Of a stretch of DNA of 64,000 nucleotides, positions 28,051 through 37,965 are shown one piece after another. The first letter of the stretch is position 1. Each line of letters opens with the position of its first letter. The stretch is from the IMG/VR virus record IMGVR_UViG_3300031548_000002, positions 1-64,000 of that record; one strand, 5' to 3'. Under the pieces are notes generated by a model that saw only the letters and a list, made by a program, of their open reading frames with translations, was not told where the DNA came from and did not search any database. A program made the translations under genes and the position numbers. This DNA is from a virus.

Positions 28051-29174
28051 CGAACGCCGACCGCCCGACCGAGGTGCTGCTGACCGGGGCCGCGGGCTTC
28101 GTGGGCAGTCACATGCTGCGGCGGCTGCTGCGCGACACGGACTGGGTCATTCACTGCCCGGTGTCATTCAAGCACCACGGCAACCCGGAGCGGATCACAC
28201 AGGTGATCGCGGAGGCGGAGGCCGAGGACGACCTGAACGGTGAGATCGCGTGGGAGCGCGTGCGCATCGAGCCGTGTGACCTGTCGCTTCCGCTGGGCCC
28301 GACGCTGCGCATGGCGTGGACGCGCTGCAAGTACGTCTTCAACGTCGCATCGTCCAGCCACGTGGACCGGTCGATCGCGGAGCCGGGCGAGTTCATCCAG
28401 AACAACGTCGCCCTGATGACGAACGTCCTGGACGCCGCACGTGATATGCCGTTTCTGCGGGTCTTCATGCAGATGTCGACCGACGAGGTGTACGGTCCCG
28501 CTTCCGCCGATCACAGCCACGAAGAGTGGGAGACCATCCTTCCGAGCAACCCGTACTCCGCGAGCAAGGCGGCGCAGGAGGCCATCGCGTTCGCGTACTG
28601 GCGGACGTACGACCTGCCCATCGTGATCACCAACACGATGAACGTCATAGGAGAGCGGCAGGATCCCGAGAAGTTTCTGCCCATGGTGATTCGTAAGCTG
28701 ATGGATCATGAGGAGATTCTGATCCACTCGGACGTCGACGGCACGTCGGGCAGCCGCTTCTACCTGCACGCGGCCAACCTCGCCGACGCGTGGATGACGA
28801 TCATCGACCAGGTGAAGCGTGATCCGGCGCTGCTCGCGCGGTACTGTGCCGGCGCCGACCGGCCCACGCGCTACAACGTCGTGGGCGAGCGTGAGATCAA
28901 GAACGACGAGCTCGTCCTGCTCGTGGCTCGCGCGCTCTATGCGGCTGGGTCACTGGATGTGACCGCTGCGGAGGTGGACGTGTACGCGCGTGGGCTCATG
29001 CGGTACGTTGACTTTCACACGTCTCGTCCGGGTCATGACCTGCGGTACGCGCTAGACGGCGGTAAGATCGAGCACCAGCTCGACTGGGAGCCGCCCGTGA
29101 AGCTTATCGACTCGATCCACAGCACCGTGCGCTGGTACGTACAGAACCCCGACTGGCTCCACCACGCGAGCTGA
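28047..29174 (+). CDS. dTDP-glucose 4,6-dehydratase-like (RmlB/RfbB family)
   Basis: TGAAGFVG, SHVDRSI, STDEVYG, PSNPYSASK, RPGHDLRYALD. Confidence 0.9.
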   Translation: MTNADRPTEVLLTGAAGFVGSHMLRRLLRDTDWVIHCPVSFKHHGNPERITQVIAEAEAEDDLNGEIAWERVRIEPCDLSLPLGPTLRMAWTRCKYVFNVASSSHVDRSIAEPGEFIQNNVALMTNVLDAARDMPFLRVFMQMSTDEVYGPASADHSHEEWETILPSNPYSASKAAQEAIAFAYWRTYDLPIVITNTMNVIGERQDPEKFLPMVIRKLMDHEEILIHSDVDGTSGSRFYLHAANLADAWMTIIDQVKRDPALLARYCAGADRPTRYNVVGEREIKNDELVLLVARALYAAGSLDVTAAEVDVYARGLMRYVDFHTSRPGHDLRYALDGGKIEHQLDWEPPVKLIDSIHSTVRWYVQNPDWLHHAS

Positions 29175-29186
29175 CCCGCGCACGAC

Positions 29187-29217
29187 GAAGGCCCGCACCT
29201 CATCAGCGCGGGCCTTC
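29187..29217. terminator. hairpin between convergent genes
   Basis: GAAGGCCCGC...GCGGGCCTTC. Confidence 0.6.
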
Positions 29218-29223
29218 ACTACG

Positions 29224-29385
29224 TCAGCAGCCGCTGCGGCAGCCGCTCTCATGACGCTGGAGCGCGACGTCCGCCGCGTTCTTGCTCGTGAAGTTGCCGG
29301 GGCCGTTGGCACCGCACTTCCCGTACCAGTTCCACTTTCGCGTGACGGGGTTCTGGGTGACGAATGACGACGGTCGCTTGGGCAT
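29224..29385 (-). CDS. small Cys-containing protein
   Basis: GACACGAGGAGG leader; promoter TTGCCA...TATACT. Confidence 0.65.
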   Translation of the reverse strand: MPKRPSSFVTQNPVTRKWNWYGKCGANGPGNFTSKNAADVALQRHESGCRSGC

Positions 29386-29589
29386 TGATCCTCCTCGTGT
29401 CGGCGTTGCTGTTACTACTAGTATATCATAAGTTACCTTAATTGGCAACCGAATCGGCGGTACGACGTGACGTGACCTGGTACCGTAGTCGGGTCAGGGT
29501 TCACGTTCGTTCCGGCTGACGTCGACGGTTCGCGCCGTCGGTCCACACCAGCGGCCCCACGGTCTTCGGATCGCGGGGCCGCTGCGTTG

Positions 29590-29859
29590 CTAGCGCGACC
29601 GGCGCGTCAGCAGCATCCAGAGAATGATGAAGATCACCGTCGCTGTGAACAGCGGCCACAGTGCCGCCATGAGGATGTACGACCGGAACGCGGACCTACG
29701 CTCATCGTCGGTTCGGCGCTGACGGCGTCGTCGGTGGTTCCACTCACCCAGCGCGATCACAACGGCGAGCACGATGACCACGCCGTAGAGGTACGCGAGT
29801 GTGGGACTTACTTCGTGTCCAACCGACTGGTCGGCCGGACCCAACTCCCAGTCCACCAC
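29590..29859 (-). CDS. 2-TM membrane protein
   Basis: AGGAGG RBS; two hydrophobic helices. Confidence 0.6.
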   Translation of the reverse strand: MVDWELGPADQSVGHEVSPTLAYLYGVVIVLAVVIALGEWNHRRRRQRRTDDERRSAFRSYILMAALWPLFTATVIFIILWMLLTRRSR

Positions 29860-30027
29860 GCCTCCTACTCGGTCTCACTCCCCCGCTAGGTGACACGCTC
29901 ACACGGCCGTGGCTGCGGCAAGTTGATCCTGGGTTGACGACAACGGTACCGTGCTGACGTTGAAAGTGCAACAAGTCAAGCATCACTGAGGCCGCCACCT
30001 AAGCGGGTGGCGGCCTCAGCGATGCGA

Positions 30028-30363
30028 CTAGTCGGTGCAGCAGGCACCCGCGCAGAGCGGGTAGTCGCACGGACTCGTGCAGCACGGCCCATCGCAGGCG
30101 GCGGCATCCGAGACGTCGGACGTGATGTCCTCGTCATCATCGCCCCAGCGGATGATGACCTCAGCGGATGCGATGCGGAGCTTCACTTGATCAACCAAGT
30201 CATCGTACGCCGGGTCACGTGGGTCTTCATCTACGGCGCGCAAGGCATCCCACGTGATGGTCATCACATCATCGTGTGAGGCCATCTGGCCGTGGTTGGC
30301 GATGATCACAGCGGCGATCACCTTGGGATCCGTGAATCCGATCTTCATTTCACTCATGCTCAC
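30028..30363 (-). CDS. hypothetical protein with Cys-rich tail
   Basis: coupled to the upstream gene; terminator at about 29986-30019. Confidence 0.6.
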   Translation of the reverse strand: MSMSEMKIGFTDPKVIAAVIIANHGQMASHDDVMTITWDALRAVDEDPRDPAYDDLVDQVKLRIASAEVIIRWGDDDEDITSDVSDAAACDGPCCTSPCDYPLCAGACCTD

Positions 30364-30590
30364 TCCTCGTGCCAGCGGCGACTAAACAGCGCGACGTCCT
30401 CGTCGGCGCCGGAGACGTCCACCATGACCTCGGTGAGCGTGCAGTCGTGAAACTCCACGTCCACCTCGGCGCCCACATCGGAGGCGAACTCACCCACAGT
30501 CTCCAACGCGTACTTAACACGCTCATCCTCGGTGTCGCAGTTAAGCAGTGCCAGGTCGTCCACGGTGATCGTGATCATGCGAGCCATCAT
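30360..30590 (-). CDS. small protein, VSG-x3-DV-W family
   Basis: VMVDVSGADEDVALFSRRW; promoter and GACACGA leader. Confidence 0.65.
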   Translation of the reverse strand: MMARMITITVDDLALLNCDTEDERVKYALETVGEFASDVGAEVDVEFHDCTLTEVMVDVSGADEDVALFSRRWHEE

Positions 30591-30690
30591 GTCCTCCGTC
30601 GTGTCATACCGTGTTCCGGTGTTGGTTCCAATATATCACGTGTACATCACGAGTGCAACCGTTGACAACTAAGTCTTGTGTGATTACTGT
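30591..30690. promoter_or_regulatory. back-to-back divergent promoters
   Basis: minus-strand TTGCAC...TATATT and plus-strand TTGACA...TGTGATTACTGT with adjacent -35 boxes. Confidence 0.6.
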
Positions 30691-30704
30691 CGCTGACAAC
30701 AACC

Positions 30705-31022
30705 GTGAACGAGCAACGGGAGGACCTAGTGTTTGTGCTCGCAACGGATCAGTGGCCCGTACGCACAACGGTGCTGCGGCCGGACGCCGCGGGAGACATG
30801 CACCCGTACACGTGCGTGTACGCAACGCTCAGCCAGGGACAGGGCGTGCGACGGTGTCACCACTGTCAGATCTACATGCTCGCGGGTCCGGCGTACCGCG
30901 ATGTGTCGGGACTCCGCGTGTGGCACACTGAGTGCTGGCTCCTTGAGCTACGCACGCACGTGCGCCCGCGATCGATCGAGCGATGGGTCCTCTGCAACGT
31001 CGAGTGGGCCAACGCACTCTAA
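30705..31022 (+). CDS. CxxC...HxEC zinc-finger protein
   Basis: CHHC...WHTECWL. Confidence 0.55.
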   Translation: MNEQREDLVFVLATDQWPVRTTVLRPDAAGDMHPYTCVYATLSQGQGVRRCHHCQIYMLAGPAYRDVSGLRVWHTECWLLELRTHVRPRSIERWVLCNVEWANAL

Positions 31023-31062
31023 GTAGCAGTACTCGCGCACTAGGACACGATAGGAGACCACT

Positions 31063-31344
31063 GTGACCACCACTGTGCCGCCGCTGGATCTGGACACCAC
31101 CGATGTACCCGATGAGCTGACGCTGGGAAGCACCGAGGACCGTGAGATCCCCTCCTGGCTCGCGATGCTCATGACGGCGTACCTGCCGACGTACTGCGGT
31201 ATCTGTCACGAGGTCGCGCCCGTGGGTAGCTCCGTCTACTATGAGGGCGGACGACCGCATCCCGCGCACGTGGAGTGCTGGCTCATCCAGCTGACCGCGC
31301 GACCGGTTCGCGTGCTGGCCGTGCACTACCGCAGGACCCACTAA
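31063..31344 (+). CDS. CxxC...HxEC zinc-finger protein
   Basis: CGIC...AHVECWL; GACACGATAGGAG leader. Confidence 0.65.
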   Translation: MTTTVPPLDLDTTDVPDELTLGSTEDREIPSWLAMLMTAYLPTYCGICHEVAPVGSSVYYEGGRPHPAHVECWLIQLTARPVRVLAVHYRRTH

Positions 31345-31442
31345 CCGCGCACGCACATACGTGCGCATACACGACACCCACTCATGCTGTGAGTGGGTGT
31401 CGGGCGTTCGCGAAAGAATCTTGTGGAACCTCATCTCGGTGG

Positions 31443-31522
31443 TTGACACTCTACACCACGTGTGTTAAATTAGTTGTTGTCAGGAAGTACAGAGACTGAT
31501 CACGACACCGACACGATGAGGG
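31443..31522 (+). promoter_or_regulatory. promoter TTGACA-N17-TAAATT with GACACGA leader
   Basis: consensus match. Confidence 0.7.
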
Positions 31523-31532
31523 ACTGATCACC

Positions 31533-32210
31533 ATGACGAACACCGCTACCGCCGTCGCGACCAACATGACCGAGTGGCTGACCCAGACGATCAACGAGCA
31601 GGGTCCGCTGACGGTCGCCCAGGTCGTCGAGCTGTCCGGTCGATCCGAGACCACCGCGCGCAAGCTGCTCAAGTCGCTGGTCGCGGACGGCACCCTCTGG
31701 AGGAACGACGAGGTGAAGCCCGCCACGTTCGAGCTGATCACCGACACGACCGAGGACGAGGCTTCCGAGGCCGAGGACGAGGCGAAGATCGATGAGATCA
31801 TGGACGCGATCACCGCCGAGCCGAAGCCGAAGAAGTCCGCCAAGTCGAAGAAAGTCGCGCACACCGACGTGCCACACGCTTACGACCGCAACGTGCGGGT
31901 GAACGGTGAGACTCTGGTCGTCACCGAGGCCTACGCCCTGCTGGTCGATCCGCCGACGTTCGACTCGGCCGACGAGGCGTACGCGTGGGCCAACGCGGCG
32001 CAGGACCGCGGCGAGGGCGATCACACTGCGGACGAGATCGCCGGCCTGTACTTCGAGGTCGTGACGGACTACCTGAACGTCCTGCTGCACGACGGCGACA
32101 TCACCAAGCAGGTGTGGTACGGTCGTACCTTCCGGCTGCGTCGCACACTGGTGGGGCACGGCAAGGGCACCGCCTCGGCGCGACCGGAGCTTACGACCAG
32201 CGATGAGTGA
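31533..32210 (+). CDS. winged-helix DNA-binding protein
   Basis: GPLTVAQVVELSGRSETTARKLLKSLVADGTL. Confidence 0.75.
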   Translation: MTNTATAVATNMTEWLTQTINEQGPLTVAQVVELSGRSETTARKLLKSLVADGTLWRNDEVKPATFELITDTTEDEASEAEDEAKIDEIMDAITAEPKPKKSAKSKKVAHTDVPHAYDRNVRVNGETLVVTEAYALLVDPPTFDSADEAYAWANAAQDRGEGDHTADEIAGLYFEVVTDYLNVLLHDGDITKQVWYGRTFRLRRTLVGHGKGTASARPELTTSDE

Positions 32211-32351
32211 TCGCACCGGTGAGGCCGCTTACGCGACAGCGTAGGCGGCCTCTCTGTTTACCAGGCGTTGACTTGATCTTATCTTGTGTGATAGTATGAA
32301 ACCATGACCACCCGATCCAGTGGTGAAGATACGACACGATGAGGTGATGAT

Positions 32352-32942
32352 GTGGTACACGCAGCTGATCCTGTGGGGGCCTTCGAGCGTAAGCACGTTA
32401 CCGAGCTCGCCGAGGACGACCTCGTGTGGGACGCGGACCTGGGCCGCTGGCGGCGCGTCACTTCGGTGGTGCGCTACACCGCGCAGGTGAGTGGCACGAA
32501 GATGATCAAGGTGGTGCTGGACCTCAGCACGTGGACGCGGCGTGAGGTAAGCGGTGAGGCGTACTACGACGTCCTGCTGGACGCCGAGCCGTCGACCGCC
32601 GTCCGCCCGCTGTCCGCGACCGAACGGCGTCGCATCGCACGGCGCGGCGCGTCGGCCGACGTCGACGAAGAGTCGACTCTGCAGCCGCCGGCTGCGCCGG
32701 CCACTACGGCCGCTCAGCCTCCCGCTGAGCGGAGCACGCCGGCGGCTGATCAAACCGACCACGGCGGCGACGTACGCGCTCGCAGGGAGGAGCTGCGCCT
32801 CTCGCGCGCCACGGTCGCCGAGTTGTGCGGCCTGACGCCCGGCGCGCTGTGGCGTGTGGAGAACGGTCGACCCAAGGATGATGAGCTGGACCGCGTGCGC
32901 GCGGCCCTGGACGCCGAGGAGGCGCGCCGTGCTACCCACTAA
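32352..32942 (+). CDS. protein with C-terminal XRE HTH
   Basis: VRARREELRLSRATVAELCGLTPGALWRVENG; promoter at 32268. Confidence 0.75.
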   Translation: MVHAADPVGAFERKHVTELAEDDLVWDADLGRWRRVTSVVRYTAQVSGTKMIKVVLDLSTWTRREVSGEAYYDVLLDAEPSTAVRPLSATERRRIARRGASADVDEESTLQPPAAPATTAAQPPAERSTPAADQTDHGGDVRARREELRLSRATVAELCGLTPGALWRVENGRPKDDELDRVRAALDAEEARRATH

Positions 32943-33441
32943 GGCCCGAGCACGCGGTGCTACCGTAGTCGGACGGCCCGAGCACGCGCCACCGCGGCGC
33001 GCGTACCGGACGTCGCTGGAGGATGCCATCGCCGTCGCACTGCGGCAGGTCGCGCTGCGCACACGGCTGTACGTGGACGACGTCACCGTGGACGCGTTCG
33101 CGCGCGCTCTCGCGCCCATGATCGTCCAGCTACCCTACGCGCGGCGTATCACCGCCGAGAAGCGACGCCGGCAGCGTGTGGCGGTCGATCAGAGTGGTCC
33201 GCTGTCGCCGCGGCAGAAGCGCGCGCTGGTCGGCGTCGCCCTGGGACTGTCGACGCACGAGATCGGCGAGGACACGCAGACGACGTCCAACACGATCAAG
33301 ACGCAACTTAAGGGCGTGTACGCGGCCCTGGGCGCGAGGAACGCGGCCAACGCCGTGGCCATCGCGTTCCGCACGGGCGTCCTGACTCCGCAAGATCTCA
33401 CCATGTACCAGGAGGACACATGTGCGCTGTCTGCAGAGTGA
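32929..33441 (+). CDS. LuxR-family HTH regulator
   Basis: LSPRQKRAL...GLSTHEIG...TIKTQLKGVYAALGARNAANAV. Confidence 0.8.
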   Translation: MLPTKARARGATVVGRPEHAPPRRAYRTSLEDAIAVALRQVALRTRLYVDDVTVDAFARALAPMIVQLPYARRITAEKRRRQRVAVDQSGPLSPRQKRALVGVALGLSTHEIGEDTQTTSNTIKTQLKGVYAALGARNAANAVAIAFRTGVLTPQDLTMYQEDTCALSAE

Positions 33442-33686
33442 TGGGTTCGAATGTGTTCGAGGATGACCCTGAGCACGACGTGAACGAGGGTCTCGAGGTT
33501 GCGGTGGCGCTGGACGGCGACGTCGCGTGGTACGTCTGGCGGCGCAGCGACGGGTTTGTGAACGCGTCGAACGAGCACCCGGACGAGGCCTTCGTCGACG
33601 ACGAGTACCGGTACTTCATGATCGTCGTCTCGACCGACCTCGATGAGGTCCAGGCCACGATCATGATGGCGCTGGCGTGTAACTAG
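33420..33686 (+). CDS. hypothetical acidic protein
   Basis: AGGAGG RBS. Confidence 0.6.
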   Translation: MCAVCRVMGSNVFEDDPEHDVNEGLEVAVALDGDVAWYVWRRSDGFVNASNEHPDEAFVDDEYRYFMIVVSTDLDEVQATIMMALACN

Positions 33687-33768
33687 CTTCACGTGGTTGA
33701 CGGACTGCGCTCTTGTGTGATATAGTGGAACCACGCTGAACAACCGGCGAACGACACGAGGAGTCACG

Positions 33769-34218
33769 ATGCGAACCACTCTCAGCTCGGCGACCTACAT
33801 CATTAACGAGCTCGACAAGCGCGGGCTGCACGGCGTGCTCTACCACACCGGTGGCGGCTGCACGGCCGTCGAGGTCGAGGTGCTGTACATCACCGAGGAC
33901 GGCAATGAGGAGACCGGGCTCGTCGTGATCACCGACGTCTCCGGCACCACGGTGTCGGTGGACATCGACTACGAGCCGGTGTTCCTCGGCTGGGTCGCCG
34001 GCTTCTACGTCAGCGAGGACGGTTTCTCCGGTGGTGACGAGGCCGAGTGGATCCACGCCGAGGCGTACGAGCGCGAGGAGACGGTGGCGCGGGCACGCGG
34101 TGAAGGCAATGAGTTCGCGCAGGCCGTGCTCGAGAACCTGCGTCAGGACTGGCAGACCGACGCCGACGTCATGGTGGCGGCGGTCGCTACATTCATCGAG
34201 GAGAAGAAGCGTGGCTGA
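33769..34218 (+). CDS. hypothetical protein (HTGGGC motif)
   Basis: promoter at 33697, GACACGAGGAG leader. Confidence 0.7.
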   Translation: MRTTLSSATYIINELDKRGLHGVLYHTGGGCTAVEVEVLYITEDGNEETGLVVITDVSGTTVSVDIDYEPVFLGWVAGFYVSEDGFSGGDEAEWIHAEAYEREETVARARGEGNEFAQAVLENLRQDWQTDADVMVAAVATFIEEKKRG

Positions 34219-34441
34219 GCCTACGTACCCGGACTGCGTCGTCAACCTATCCGGTGAGGACGGCAACATCTTCGTCATCATCGGCCGCGTGCGCGTCGCG
34301 CTGCGCGAGCACATGAAGGTGCGCGGTGTGGGGCACGCCGAACGCAACCGACGTCTGGACGAGTTCACCGCCTCGGTGACGAACTCCCAGTCGTACGATG
34401 ACGCCCTGGCGGTCGTCATGCACTGGGTCACCGTGGAGTAG
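34211..34441 (+). CDS. conserved phage hypothetical protein
   Basis: LSGEDGNIFVIIGRV...SYDDAL. Confidence 0.65.
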   Translation: MAEPTYPDCVVNLSGEDGNIFVIIGRVRVALREHMKVRGVGHAERNRRLDEFTASVTNSQSYDDALAVVMHWVTVE

Positions 34442-34529
34442 TCGTGAGAGGGCGTCCCGGTATTGCACGGGACGCCCTCTTGTGGTATATTGATCGCAAC
34501 GGTTCAACCGATCACGATAAGATGAGGTA

Positions 34530-34964
34530 GTGATGACAGCCGTAGCCAACGGCCCACTGGAACCGGGTGACCTCGTGACGACCACGTGCGTGGGAGAGGT
34601 CTACGGTCGCGTCTTCGACGTGATCGGCGACGTCCACCGCGTGTGGTGGGGCGACGCGGTCGCGCCCAACGCTGTGGAGAGCCTGAGTCCGCACACCGCC
34701 GGCGAGCTGCAACTCGTCCAGCGGCCCGTGTGGTACCTCGCCGTCTGGTTCACCGGCGACGATGACGTCGATCCGTACGCGTTCGTCGTCGCGGATGAGC
34801 GGCCACTGAAGTACGTCGACGCGGAGCACGCGTTCGATCGCGCGGAGAACTACGAGATCGTCAGCCGTCGGCTCGGTCACACGCCGACCGGCGAGGACGC
34901 CAACCCCGACACGATGACCGATGAGGACAACGACGATGCTGGAGACGAACGCACCACCGGCTGA
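34530..34964 (+). CDS. hypothetical protein
   Basis: promoter TTGCAC-N17-TATATT at 34463. Confidence 0.6.
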   Translation: MMTAVANGPLEPGDLVTTTCVGEVYGRVFDVIGDVHRVWWGDAVAPNAVESLSPHTAGELQLVQRPVWYLAVWFTGDDDVDPYAFVVADERPLKYVDAEHAFDRAENYEIVSRRLGHTPTGEDANPDTMTDEDNDDAGDERTTG

Positions 34965-35958
34965 CTGCCCGACTCCGCGTAAGATGCGATTCATGACGCG
35001 GAGTGCGGCGAAGAGATCCGCGGCGTACCGAAGCCGCAGCACCGGCTTTCCGCTGTACGTGTACAAGTGCAACTGCAAGTCGTGGCATATGACGCGCCAG
35101 CGACAGGAGCTGACCGACGCGCCCGAGACGCAGATCCACGGTGTACCCCACGCGCTGGGCATGACCGACGATGCGTTCCAGAATGCGGTCATCAACGACG
35201 TCATGTGCTCGATCGCGCCCGACGACGCGCAGTTCTTGCGGCACATCGACGTCATCGACCGCTGGTACGCAACGCTGGTCAAGACGCGTAAGCAGGCCGA
35301 GGCTGAGCTGACCGAGCTGCGCAAGCTGCGCAACCCGTCGGCCGAGGATGCGGAGTGGCGCGACATGCTCAAGGAGTGCGTCGACCTGGTGGACGCGCGT
35401 CAGCGCGAGTGCGCCGAGCTGCGACGCGTTCGCGATGTCGTACCCGCTAAGCCGACTCCGCCGACGTACGTCTCACCGGAGCGCGCGCAGCTTCGTCAGC
35501 TTAAGCAGGCCGCGGCACAGAGTGAGTACCGGCTGACGCGGCGTACGGCGGGTGACCGTGCGATCGGCATCTTGGTGGACCGACACCGCGCCGAGTTCAA
35601 CGAGATCTACACGGTGGAGGGCGCGCGGGCGGGTCTTGATCTCAAGTGGTTCGATGAAGATGAGCCCGTTGACGTCGCGTTCGTACGTGACCAGGATCCG
35701 CCGGGTGTGACGCCGGAGTATCGTGATCCGCGGCTGCCGGACGCGCACCTCGTGATCACCGGCGAGGAGACCTTCGATGAGGCCGCCAACCTGCTGATCG
35801 GCGCCGTGTACCGGCACCTGCGAGAGCACGAAGACGCGAACGTGGCGTCGCGCGCCGTGCGCGACCTGGTGCTGCAGATCGAGCGCGTGCAAGACATCCA
35901 CCGCAACATCCGGTCCATCGCGTACATCGCGCACGACTGGCTGACGCTCCACGTCTGA
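34921..35958 (+). CDS. hypothetical protein with N-terminal Zn ribbon and coiled coil
   Basis: YVYKCNCKSWHMT. Confidence 0.7.
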   Translation: MRTTTMLETNAPPADCPTPRKMRFMTRSAAKRSAAYRSRSTGFPLYVYKCNCKSWHMTRQRQELTDAPETQIHGVPHALGMTDDAFQNAVINDVMCSIAPDDAQFLRHIDVIDRWYATLVKTRKQAEAELTELRKLRNPSAEDAEWRDMLKECVDLVDARQRECAELRRVRDVVPAKPTPPTYVSPERAQLRQLKQAAAQSEYRLTRRTAGDRAIGILVDRHRAEFNEIYTVEGARAGLDLKWFDEDEPVDVAFVRDQDPPGVTPEYRDPRLPDAHLVITGEETFDEAANLLIGAVYRHLREHEDANVASRAVRDLVLQIERVQDIHRNIRSIAYIAHDWLTLHV

Positions 35959-36001
35959 CGGTGGGACGCGGTCGGCGGATCGTTGCCGACCGCGTCCGAT
36001 C

Positions 36002-36301
36002 TTGATAGGATTAATACACGAGCAACGGACGAGGATGATCGATATGACGAAGATCTGGCTGGTGCTGCAGGGCACCGTGAGTCGCAACGTCGACGGCGAG
36101 CGCGTCGTCGTAAAACTTGAGGTCATCGCGCGCTGCGCGTACGAGGTGCAGGCGGAGCGCATCGCCGAGAGCCTGCGGTCGACTCACGCGGTGGCCGCGC
36201 GTCCGACGCGGGTTACCGCGCGCGGGTCGACCGTTGAGGACGCGAACGAGCACTCGTTCGTGGTCGCAGAGATGAGCTCACTGCTGGAGGGTGTACGATG
36301 A
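36002..36301 (+). CDS. hypothetical protein
   Basis: promoter upstream; true start probably later. Confidence 0.55.
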   Translation: MIGLIHEQRTRMIDMTKIWLVLQGTVSRNVDGERVVVKLEVIARCAYEVQAERIAESLRSTHAVAARPTRVTARGSTVEDANEHSFVVAEMSSLLEGVR

Positions 36302-37071
36302 TTGACGAGATGCGCGCCTCCCCACTGAACGCGGTCGAGTACACGAAGTGGCCGCGGCTGCTGCTGCTCGGCGACCCGGTGACGCGGGAGCAGACCAACG
36401 AGATCTTGGTGCGTACCACGTGCCACTACATGCTGATCACCAACGACGATGAGTGGGAGGCGCAGGTTCGCAAGGTCTTGGGCACGCCGCCCGACATGGA
36501 TCACGAGGACTACCGGCTGCCGCACGCCGAGCTCGTCGCACGTGTGGAGGCACGTCACGCTGCCCTGGACGCGCGTCAGCGCGAGCTTGGTGTGCTCGAC
36601 CTGCACTACCTGTACAACGAGCGCGTCATGTCGTGCTACGCCGACGGTCCGCACGGCTGGTGCGACTGGAACGGCGACATCGGCGCGACGCGGTACAACG
36701 TCGGTAAGTGGCCGACGGCGACTGAGGTCGACTGCGACCTGCGCACCATCGCGGCGGCGTTCCCGTTCCTGCGTATGCGGGTCCAGCTGCTGAGCGAGCG
36801 GTACTACGAGGAGGTCAAGGACGCCGACGGCCACGGCACGTACCTGCACGACGACACCGCGCCGGTGATGTGGACGGTCGCGGACGGCGAGGTGACGTAC
36901 GTCATTGCGGACGCTCCGCCGATCACGCCGCCCACGGAGCTCAGCTCTGATGAGCTGGTGCTGTCGTTCAGCAACCCGTACCGCGAGCGCGGCGTCACGC
37001 TCACGCGACTGCGCGAGGCAGTCGCGCAGGTGGAACGAACGTACACCCCCACCCGAGGAGGACAACGATGA
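36298..37071 (+). CDS. conserved phage hypothetical protein
   Basis: KWPRLLL...GPHGWCDWNG...NVGKWP. Confidence 0.75.
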   Translation: MIDEMRASPLNAVEYTKWPRLLLLGDPVTREQTNEILVRTTCHYMLITNDDEWEAQVRKVLGTPPDMDHEDYRLPHAELVARVEARHAALDARQRELGVLDLHYLYNERVMSCYADGPHGWCDWNGDIGATRYNVGKWPTATEVDCDLRTIAAAFPFLRMRVQLLSERYYEEVKDADGHGTYLHDDTAPVMWTVADGEVTYVIADAPPITPPTELSSDELVLSFSNPYRERGVTLTRLREAVAQVERTYTPTRGGQR

Positions 37072-37463
37072 TGGTGACGAGTAAGACCAGCCGTGAGCGG
37101 TCCGAGCGGCTGCTGTTCCCCGAGCGGCAGCGCTGCCGAACGTGCCGCGCGCCGTTCGCGTTCATCGTGATCGACCGGCAGTACTGCTCGTACGACTGCG
37201 CGGGAGTGCAGCCGCCGGACGTACTGGCGAAGCCGCGCTCGTGCTGGACGGACATCGGCGAGCCCAAGTACTGCTACTTCACGCCGGACGACGCGGACCG
37301 CGCCGCGCGCCTGCACAACGAGGCGCGCAACCCGCGGGATCGACTGCACGCGTACTACTGCGACCGGCACCACATGTGGCACATCGGCCAGCCGCAGGAC
37401 GTCACGGGCACCGGCAGCTCGATCGGCGACTGGGCCGACCGTGTGCTGGAGTCGCGCACGTGA
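37068..37463 (+). CDS. Zn-binding hypothetical protein
   Basis: CRTC...YCSYDC; YYCDRHHMWHIG. Confidence 0.7.
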   Translation: MMVTSKTSRERSERLLFPERQRCRTCRAPFAFIVIDRQYCSYDCAGVQPPDVLAKPRSCWTDIGEPKYCYFTPDDADRAARLHNEARNPRDRLHAYYCDRHHMWHIGQPQDVTGTGSSIGDWADRVLESRT

Positions 37464-37696
37464 TGAAGGCGCCCGTTGTGCTCGCGCTCGCGTTTGTGGC
37501 CGGCGTCACCGGAGTGGGAAGTCTCGCGCTGTTCGTCGTGCTCGAAGACTTCGACACGTACACGGCGCGCGGCCTAACGCTACTGCTCACGGCGTTCATC
37601 TTGGGTGGTGCGGGGACGGCGCTACTGCTGTCACACCGTGATGCGATTGAGGCGTGGGTTCACGAAGATAATGACGAAGGCGAGGATGCACCGTGA
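37460..37696 (+). CDS. 2-TM membrane protein
   Basis: two hydrophobic helices. Confidence 0.55.
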   Translation: MMKAPVVLALAFVAGVTGVGSLALFVVLEDFDTYTARGLTLLLTAFILGGAGTALLLSHRDAIEAWVHEDNDEGEDAP

Positions 37697-37965
37697 AGAT
37701 CTACCTGACGAAGACGCGCTGGAACGCGCTCGCGCTGACCGATGATGGCGGCGTGCACCCGCGGCCGCTGTCCGTCGAGCTGCTGACCGGCGAGCTCGGC
37801 CTGGCGACGCGCGATGCGATCGTCACCCTCTCGGGACTCATCAAGCACGGCGTCCTGACGCGGGTGGGCGCCGAGTACCGTTGCACGCGGAAGGGCGCCG
37901 AGCTCGTCCAGCGCATGCGCGTCGGCACGATCGACGACGTCACCCTGGAGGTCGACGATGACTGA
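37693..37965 (+). CDS. winged-helix-like protein
   Basis: TLSGLIKHGVL...YRCTRKGAE. Confidence 0.55.
   Translation: MKIYLTKTRWNALALTDDGGVHPRPLSVELLTGELGLATRDAIVTLSGLIKHGVLTRVGAEYRCTRKGAELVQRMRVGTIDDVTLEVDDD

Noticed and set aside
32352-32600. Hint/intein-like look of ELAEDDLVWD...WRRVTSV
   Set aside because: No N-terminal Cys/Ser nucleophile or terminal His-Asn; more likely an SH3-like barrel.
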